A stretch of DNA of 64,000 bases from Terracidiphilus sp. (GTDB lineage: Bacteria; Acidobacteriota; Terriglobia; Terriglobales; Acidobacteriaceae). How positions within the stretch are numbered: the stretch's first letter is position 1; the number at the start of each line of letters is the position of its first letter. The DNA lies in assembly GCA_052145255.1 (NCBI GenBank), contig JBKQOX010000026.1, forward strand, positions 33,528 to 97,527. The letters run 5' to 3'. The position numbers were made by a program, and so were the translations under genes. The notes beneath the pieces were generated by a model, which worked only from the letters and a program-made list of their open reading frames with translations, was not told where the DNA came from and ran no database searches. Shown piece by piece: positions 57,459 to 64,000 of this stretch.

Positions 57459-59543
57459 ATGAAATACCTTTATCCGATTTTGATGCTGACGTTATCAGCG
57501 GGAGTTATGCTGCCACAAGCGCCCGGCGCCCCGCAGGCCGGCGACTCCAAGCCCTCCGAGCCTCCTGCCATTCGCAGTTTCGATCCCGCGGCCATGGACA
57601 CGAACGCCGATCCATGCGCGGATTTCTACCAGTACGCCTGCGGTAACTGGATGAAGAACAATCCCATCCCTGCCGACCAGACGCGCTGGGCACGCTCATT
57701 TTCTCAGCTGCGTGAGCGCGATCAGTACCTGCTATGGAAGGATCTGAACGCCGCAGCTGACGATCCAAAGACGCCGCTGCAGAAGCAGTATGGAGACTTT
57801 TTCGCAGCGTGCATCGACACAGCCACGGCGGAAAAGAAGGGACTGACGCCCATCGAGCCGTCATGGGCGGCCATTGCGAAGCTTAGCGATCCGAAGCAGC
57901 TCGCCGGCCTGCTCAGCGATCTTAAGAACCACGGCACGCCCGACGGGTTCTTCAATTTCGGCGTGGGAGTGGATGAGAAGGATTCGACAAAGCAGATTGC
58001 CGAGCTCCGTCAAGGCGGTTTGTCGATGCCCGACCGGGAGTACTACCTGAATCCCGCAGAGCATTTCGCGACCATCCGAAAGGAATATGTCGCGCATGTA
58101 ACCAAAATGTTCACGCTGGCCGGGGATGCGCCCGAAGAGGCCGCCAAGGAAGCCGCCGCGGTTATGGAGATCGAGACGGCCATGGCCAAAGCCTCGATGA
58201 GCCGCACCGACCTGCGCGATCCTGCGAACCGCTATCACATTTACACCTTGGCGGAGCTCGACGAAGCGAGCCCCAACTTCGACTGGACCGCCTACTTCTG
58301 GAGCACCGGAATCCGCCACTTCGACACCTTGAATGTGAGCACGCCGGATTTCTTCAAGGCGCTGAACTCGCTTATCGAGAGCGAGCCGCTGGCCTCGTGG
58401 AAGAGCTATCTGCGCTGGCACGTTCTACACGGCCAGGCGGAGGATCTGTCCAAGGCCTTCTTCGACGAGAACTTTGCATTCTTCCGACACACGCTGGCCG
58501 GGCAAGAAGAACCTATGCCGCGCTGGAAGATGTGCACCCAGATGACCGACCGAGCGCTCGGCGAGGCGGTGGGCCAGGACTGGGTGAAGCAGAACTTTCC
58601 GCCCGCGGCCAAGGGCAGCACGGAGAAGCTGTTAACGGCGCTGGAGAAAGCGCTGGGCGACGATATCAAGACCCTGCCCTGGATGAGCGATGAAACCAGG
58701 AAAGCCGCCGAGGACAAGCTGGCCATGATCCGCCGCAACATCGGTTATCCCGAAAAGTGGCGTGACTATTCCAGCGTGGAAGTAAGCCGCACTGACTTGA
58801 TCGGCAACCTGCATTCGAGCGATGTTTACGAGCGCAATTACAACTACGACAAGTTGGGCAAGCCGGTCGACGAGAAGGAGTGGAGCATGACTCCGCCGAC
58901 GGTCAATGCTTACTATCGGTCAGAGTTCAATGACATCAACTTTCCGGCAGGGATTCTGCAGCCTCCGTTCTTCGATTTCAAGGTGGATCCGGGGCTGAAC
59001 TACGGCGGCATCGGCGTCGTGATCGGCCACGAGATGACGCATGGCTTCGACGATCAGGGCTCGAAGTATGACGGCAATGGCAACCTGCGCAACTGGTGGA
59101 CGGCCGAGGACCATAAGGCCTTCGACGCGCGGACCAGTTGCATCGCGGACGAGTACAGCGGATTTGTGGCGGCGCCGGCGCAAGGCGAAACCCCAGCGGC
59201 CCATCTGAATGGGCGCCTGACCCTCGGCGAAAACACGGCCGACAACGGCGGCCTGCGCATCGCTTACATCGCGCTCGAGGACACACTGGCTGCCGAAGGC
59301 AAATCCATGGAAGAGAAAATCGACGGCTACACTGAGGCGCGGCGATACTTCCTGGGCTTCGCCCAGTTGTGGTGCGAGAACGAAACCGAAGCGACGGCTC
59401 GGCAGTCGGTGCTCGTCGATCCGCATTCGCCGGGGCGTTGGCGCGTCAATGGCAGCGTCCAGAACTTCGAAAAGTTCGGGAAGGCTTTTGGTTGCAGAGA
59501 GGGCCAGCCCATGTATCCAGAGAATGCCTGCCGCGTTTGGTGA
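57459..59543 (+). CDS. M13 (neprilysin/PepO) metallopeptidase, secreted
   Basis: ATG 57459; DPCADFYQYACGNW, VNAYY, GHEMTHGFD, GENTADNGG, DPHSP. Confidence 0.95.
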   Translation: MKYLYPILMLTLSAGVMLPQAPGAPQAGDSKPSEPPAIRSFDPAAMDTNADPCADFYQYACGNWMKNNPIPADQTRWARSFSQLRERDQYLLWKDLNAAADDPKTPLQKQYGDFFAACIDTATAEKKGLTPIEPSWAAIAKLSDPKQLAGLLSDLKNHGTPDGFFNFGVGVDEKDSTKQIAELRQGGLSMPDREYYLNPAEHFATIRKEYVAHVTKMFTLAGDAPEEAAKEAAAVMEIETAMAKASMSRTDLRDPANRYHIYTLAELDEASPNFDWTAYFWSTGIRHFDTLNVSTPDFFKALNSLIESEPLASWKSYLRWHVLHGQAEDLSKAFFDENFAFFRHTLAGQEEPMPRWKMCTQMTDRALGEAVGQDWVKQNFPPAAKGSTEKLLTALEKALGDDIKTLPWMSDETRKAAEDKLAMIRRNIGYPEKWRDYSSVEVSRTDLIGNLHSSDVYERNYNYDKLGKPVDEKEWSMTPPTVNAYYRSEFNDINFPAGILQPPFFDFKVDPGLNYGGIGVVIGHEMTHGFDDQGSKYDGNGNLRNWWTAEDHKAFDARTSCIADEYSGFVAAPAQGETPAAHLNGRLTLGENTADNGGLRIAYIALEDTLAAEGKSMEEKIDGYTEARRYFLGFAQLWCENETEATARQSVLVDPHSPGRWRVNGSVQNFEKFGKAFGCREGQPMYPENACRVW

Positions 59544-59843
59544 GCGCGAGCGGCGCTGACATCCTCGCCTGTTCAAGCCGCCCGCTGCGGCGAGCCGGTG
59601 GACGCCGTTCCATCGTCAAGGCGGCAACTGGCTCGGCAGAACCTGGCACTTGCAGGCTCCCGGCCTTTCTCACATACCTGCGTCATTCTTTCGATGATCT
59701 GCGCGAGTGAACCCCGCCCCGCCGTTGACTTTTCGCCTGTCTGCGCGTCCAAATGCCGATCGTTGCCCGAAAACTCAAAACCCACGCTTTGACGCCCGGA
59801 GCAGAGCCGCGCGCGATTCGGCGCAGCAACGCAGATCGAGGGG

Positions 59844-59891
59844 ATTTACCAGTCCGATGGGCAAAGTATTTACCAGTCCGATGGGTAAACT
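59844..59891. repeat. Tandem 24-bp repeat (two copies), each an inverted TTTACC-N9-GG(C/T)AAA site
   Basis: ATTTACCAGTCCGATGGGCAAAGT / ATTTACCAGTCCGATGGGTAAACT (22/24 identical). Confidence 0.85.
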
Positions 59892-60004
59892 AGGCACAAC
59901 TGGCCCTCGCCTTTTACAATTCATCAGGGACTCCATCCCAACCCAGCTTTGCTCGGGAACGATGAAACTTGGCGGGGCAACCCTGGCCAGGATGAAGGAT
60001 TAGC

Positions 60005-61390
60005 ATGAAGTTCATGAAATTCGGCAAGGCGCTTGCGATGGGCGCACTTTCGGTGGCCGTCGTTTTTGGCGTGACGTCTTGCGTTGAGAGTTATACGGTT
60101 GGCTATTTGTTTGTGACGGGAACCGTCACCGTCTCCAGTGGCAGTAACGGCATCATCTCCGGATTCAAAATCGATCACAACACGGGCCGTTTGACGCCCA
60201 TCAACACCCTGCCCGTTGCCTCCGGAGGCGCCAACCCGGTCCGCGCCGTCCTCACCCTCGGCAGCCGGTTCCTTTATGTCCTGAACCGCGGAGTCACCGC
60301 CTCGGGCAGCCCCGATTGCTATGGCACGGGCGCCAACGCCTGCATCAACTCCAACATCACCCAATTTATCGTGGGCGGCAACGGCACCCTGACGCCGCAG
60401 GAGACCTTCTACACATCGGGCATCAATCCCTTCCGATTGATTGCGGACCCGTCCGGTAACTTCCTGTTTGTCCTGGATCACGATGCGCCGGACAATGCCA
60501 GCCCGTCGAGCAGCGACAACTGCGCGCTCGCCCTGGGAACTTCGGTGACCACTTGTGGCGACATCACCGTATTCAAGATCGACCAGAACACTGGCCGCCT
60601 CTCCCTGGTAGTGAATGCCCAGGTGACGGCGGTTTCGAGCGCCCAGCCCATCACCTACTTCCCGGTGCCGGCGAATCCGGTCGATTTCCTGCTATCCAGC
60701 GGCACCGTCCTCACCCTTGCCGGCGCTCCCAGCCCGACATCTTACCCGTACGTCGGTGGCACCCTTGCTTTTCCGTACAACTATTCCGGTTCCACAGGCC
60801 AGTTGACGTTGAGCCAGAACAGCGTCCAGCCGATCGGCGACTCGGGCATCAACGCTACGGCAATGGTCAGCGCCGGGGGCGTGATTTACGTGCTCGATAA
60901 TGAACCCATCACCGTTTCGTTTAACGGCGTCCCCACCACTTCGTCCAGCATGATTCTTCCCTTCACCCTTGGAACTGGCGGCGCGCTCCAGGCGGAGCCG
61001 GGCGGCGCGATTCCCGATGATCCCACGCTGTCAAACCCGATCTACATCATGATTGAGAGCAAGGGCCAGTTTCTCTATCTGGCCAATCAGGGCAACAATA
61101 TTCAAGGGCCGAACCCTGAAAGCGGGATCGCGGGCTACCACATCACCACTGCGCCTGCCTATCAGCTCAGCTTCAACTCCGATGAGCCCTTCGGCTCCGG
61201 ATCTGGCCCGCAGTGCATCGTCGAAGATCCTTCCGATCAGTTCATCTTCGAAGCCGACGAGTACGACTCCACGGTGACAGGGCGGGTGGTTAATCCGGAG
61301 ACGGGCGATCTGACGCAGCTCCGCGTGGTCAGCGACTACAAGCTCCTGGGACCAGCGTCGTGGTGCCTGGTTGATGGGCGCACAAGTTAG
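60005..61390 (+). CDS. Lactonase-fold beta-propeller lipoprotein 1
   Basis: Lipobox VTSC; GFKIDHNTGRLT, SRFLYVLN, DPSGNFLFV, GQFLYLANQ, DPSDQFIF. Confidence 0.8.
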   Translation: MKFMKFGKALAMGALSVAVVFGVTSCVESYTVGYLFVTGTVTVSSGSNGIISGFKIDHNTGRLTPINTLPVASGGANPVRAVLTLGSRFLYVLNRGVTASGSPDCYGTGANACINSNITQFIVGGNGTLTPQETFYTSGINPFRLIADPSGNFLFVLDHDAPDNASPSSSDNCALALGTSVTTCGDITVFKIDQNTGRLSLVVNAQVTAVSSAQPITYFPVPANPVDFLLSSGTVLTLAGAPSPTSYPYVGGTLAFPYNYSGSTGQLTLSQNSVQPIGDSGINATAMVSAGGVIYVLDNEPITVSFNGVPTTSSSMILPFTLGTGGALQAEPGGAIPDDPTLSNPIYIMIESKGQFLYLANQGNNIQGPNPESGIAGYHITTAPAYQLSFNSDEPFGSGSGPQCIVEDPSDQFIFEADEYDSTVTGRVVNPETGDLTQLRVVSDYKLLGPASWCLVDGRTS

Positions 61391-61607
61391 TGCGGGGCCG
61401 CGCCCGCCAGTTGCGAACCATCACGGCCTGGCGGACCGGCCCTCATGTCAGGCTCGGAGTTTTCCGTTGCCTGAGAGAATTGAAGGTCTGTCCGCAGGCC
61501 TTGGCTGAATACCGGTTCCGCTGCTTTTGAGCCGACACCGGAATTCGAATCTTAGACCGTTTTTTTGGGTGGCCTGCCTAGGAGGCCGCATTTCAAGAAA
61601 GATGCGC

Positions 61608-62852
61608 ATGAAGTTCAATAAATCGAGCCAGCTCGCGCTGGTCGGCGCGGCCAGCCTGGTGGCGGCCTCGCTCGTTACTGCCTGCTCCCAGCTAACGCAA
61701 ACGCTGACTGTCGACTTCGTATACGTGGCTTGCACCAAAGCGGAAGGCACCAATAACTACGGCGAGATCAACGTGTACGAGATCAACTCCGAATCCGGCC
61801 GCATGCGCCAGATTCCCAGTTCGCCCTTCCCTTCCCAGGGACGCGATCCTGTGGCTGAGGCCGTCTCTCTCGACTACGGCAGTCTCTTCGTCGTCAATCA
61901 GGACGACAACGCCATCGAGCAATTCGGTATCGGCACCGACGGCAAGCTCTATCCCTTTAACACCGTCAATACTCCGGGGATCTTTCCACTGGCTATCGCC
62001 GCCACCAAGTCCAATCTGTTCATCGTCGATCTGTACCAGCCGCTGCCCATTTGTTCGGATGCCGAGCCGTGCTCCGGCTCGATCGGTGTCTTTCCGCTAA
62101 CGGCCGCCGGCGGCACCACGCCCGTCACCATCGGAACGCCGGTCACCAATTCCGCCGTCAATGGCCAGTACTGGCCTTTGGCTCTCTCCGGCGCGAACGC
62201 GTCTCACATTATTGTGCCGACCGCGGTGAACGTTCTTGCTTCAGGCGCCGACGTCTACGTCACTGCTTACGATTCGTCGGTAACGCCCAACGTCGGATAT
62301 GTCTTCGGATTCTCGGTTGGCTCGGGCGGCGCGCTGACAGCGCTTTCGGGCTCGCCTTTTGCGGCCGGCGTCAAGCCTTCCGCCATTGCCAGCGATGCCG
62401 CCAGCGCACATGTCTACGTCACCGACTTCTCAAGCGCTCATGTGTTCGGCTACACCGCAACCGCGGGCAACTTGACTCCGATCGCCGGCAGCCCCTTCCC
62501 CGCAGGCAATCAACCCTCTGCCGTCGCCGTCGATACGGCTTATCCTTACGCCTACGTGACCAACTCGCAGGACAGCAACGTGACCGCGTACTCCATCGCA
62601 TCCAGCGGCGCGCTCAGTTCCATTGGCACATATGCCACGGGCCTGCAGCCAGTGGCCATTGGAATCGACCCTTCGACGGAACATTTCCTGTATACCATCA
62701 ACTTTCTTGACAATACGGTTTCCGGTTTTGACATGAATACCACCAGCGGAACACTTCTCGATTCGCAGAATTCTCCTTTTCCGAGCAACAACCAACCAAC
62801 CGCAGCGGCGGCGATTCCGCACAACGGCACGGGCGGCGGCATTCAACCGTGA
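61608..62852 (+). CDS. Lactonase-fold beta-propeller lipoprotein 2
   Basis: ATG 61608; lipobox VTAC; GALTALSGSPFAAGVKPSAI, GSPFPAGNQPSAV, YAYVTNSQDSNV. Confidence 0.85.
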   Translation: MKFNKSSQLALVGAASLVAASLVTACSQLTQTLTVDFVYVACTKAEGTNNYGEINVYEINSESGRMRQIPSSPFPSQGRDPVAEAVSLDYGSLFVVNQDDNAIEQFGIGTDGKLYPFNTVNTPGIFPLAIAATKSNLFIVDLYQPLPICSDAEPCSGSIGVFPLTAAGGTTPVTIGTPVTNSAVNGQYWPLALSGANASHIIVPTAVNVLASGADVYVTAYDSSVTPNVGYVFGFSVGSGGALTALSGSPFAAGVKPSAIASDAASAHVYVTDFSSAHVFGYTATAGNLTPIAGSPFPAGNQPSAVAVDTAYPYAYVTNSQDSNVTAYSIASSGALSSIGTYATGLQPVAIGIDPSTEHFLYTINFLDNTVSGFDMNTTSGTLLDSQNSPFPSNNQPTAAAAIPHNGTGGGIQP

Positions 62853-62985
62853 ACGCCTACGTTGGCTCCATTCCGGCAAGGGAGCCGGTGGCAATTCTCC
62901 GTATTCGGCTTTTACAATGAACACGGGGCAACATTAACGAGTTTTTTGGGGGCTCCACCTGGCGGGCCCATGACGAAGGAAGCGC

Positions 62986-64000
62986 ATGAAGTTTAGTAAA
63001 TTGAGCCAGCTCGTTCTGGTCTCCGCAATTGGCCTGGTCCTGGCCACCTTTTTGACTGCCTGCAATCTGGTCACGATCGACTATCTTTTCGTGGCCTCCT
63101 CCGCGGGCAGCTCTTCGGGCAGCACCGGGCAAATTTACACTTACGCCATCGACGGTAAGTCGGGTGCGCTGCGTTCCGCCGCTTCGCCTGTTCCCTCCGG
63201 CGGCTCGGGCCCCGTCGCCATGGCCACCACTTCCGACTATTACAACCTCTACGTCGCCAATAAGGGCAACAACTCTGTGGTTCACTTCGCCATCAGCGAC
63301 CACGGCATCCTGATCCCGAAAGACAACATCACGCTTCCTGCGACGCCCGTGTCGCTTGCCGTGAATCCAGCCGGCACCTATTTGTACGTCGTCTCGGGCA
63401 CCAGTTCCGCCACGCTCACTGAGTACGCCCTCACTGCCGGCGCCATCGGCTCCGCCACGGCCACCATCACACTCAGCGTTCCCGGGTTTACCGGCGACAC
63501 GATCATTCCCACCGGAGTCACCGTGCTCGCCAACGGCAACGGGGTTTATGTCACGGCGTACGACAAGTCCGCATACAATCCCGGAGGCACCACCACCAGC
63601 GACGCCAATCCGGGTTGGCTGTTTGGGTTCGCCTCCAGCTCAGGCGGCGCGCTCACTCCGGTTACCGGCAGCCCATATCTCGCTGGCGTCAAGCCAACTG
63701 CTCTGACCAGCGATCCCATCAGCCGCTTTATCTTCGTCACCGATTACGCCTCCAACCAACTGATCGGATACTCGGTCCTGTCGACCGATGCATTGCAGTT
63801 CATGGTTAACGGCCCCTTCAGAACCGGTAACGAGCCAACTTCGATTGCCATCGATCCCCGCGGAATCTTTATCTACCTCACAAATTCGCTGGATGAGACG
63901 GTCGGGGCCTACTCCATTGCCCTGCCCACCGGCACGCCTACGTCGGACATTGGCGTCGCCGGTAACGCCGCGATCACCACCGACACGGACCCGGTATCGA
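62986..64000 (+). CDS. Lactonase-fold beta-propeller lipoprotein 3 (truncated by the window edge, absent from the ORF track)
   Basis: ATG 62986 after GAAGGA; MKFSKLSQLVLVSAIGLVLATFLTAC lipobox; NLYVANKG, TYLYVV, GALTPVTGSPYLAGVKPT. Confidence 0.85.
   Translation, partial: MKFSKLSQLVLVSAIGLVLATFLTACNLVTIDYLFVASSAGSSSGSTGQIYTYAIDGKSGALRSAASPVPSGGSGPVAMATTSDYYNLYVANKGNNSVVHFAISDHGILIPKDNITLPATPVSLAVNPAGTYLYVVSGTSSATLTEYALTAGAIGSATATITLSVPGFTGDTIIPTGVTVLANGNGVYVTAYDKSAYNPGGTTTSDANPGWLFGFASSSGGALTPVTGSPYLAGVKPTALTSDPISRFIFVTDYASNQLIGYSVLSTDALQFMVNGPFRTGNEPTSIAIDPRGIFIYLTNSLDETVGAYSIALPTGTPTSDIGVAGNAAITTDTDPVS

Noticed and set aside
1-64000. tRNA, rRNA, tmRNA, integrase or transposase genes
   Set aside because: None recognised by eye; tRNAscan, Rfam and ISfinder searches would be needed to exclude them formally

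Overview
GC-rich bacterial chromosome segment, most likely Acidobacteriaceae (inferred from gene content and repeat types). It is dominated by envelope-biogenesis and quality-control genes (secA, clpC, orphan lolD-like ATPase, degP-like protease, PpiD/SurA-like PPIase, two barrel-less POTRA proteins). It also carries carbohydrate genes (malQ, GH2, GH75-like, pectin methylesterase, pgi-like, manA), ssb, guaA, a MacAB-like exporter, a MoxR/DUF58/DUF4350/DUF4129/SpoIIM/RDD cluster and three tandem beta-propeller lipoproteins. I recognised no rRNA, tRNA, CRISPR array, integrase or transposase. Most interesting leads: (i) two barrel-less POTRA genes flanking YetF, a PadR gene with its own operator and a kinase-less membrane sensor; (ii) a BlaI/M56/DegP operon with the same ACTAA-N4-TTAGT palindrome upstream of blaI and inside the first codons of degP; (iii) an AT-rich ~140-bp dispersed element present twice in inverted orientation, each with two 20-bp cores 76 bp apart; (iv) the uncharacterised MoxR envelope cluster, whose RDD and SpoIIM genes share an overlapping CATG start; (v) a DUF1801 mini-cassette flanked by 42-bp direct repeats; (vi) G-quadruplex-like heptamer tracts after secA and ssb. 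All family assignments come from motif recognition by eye, not database searches.
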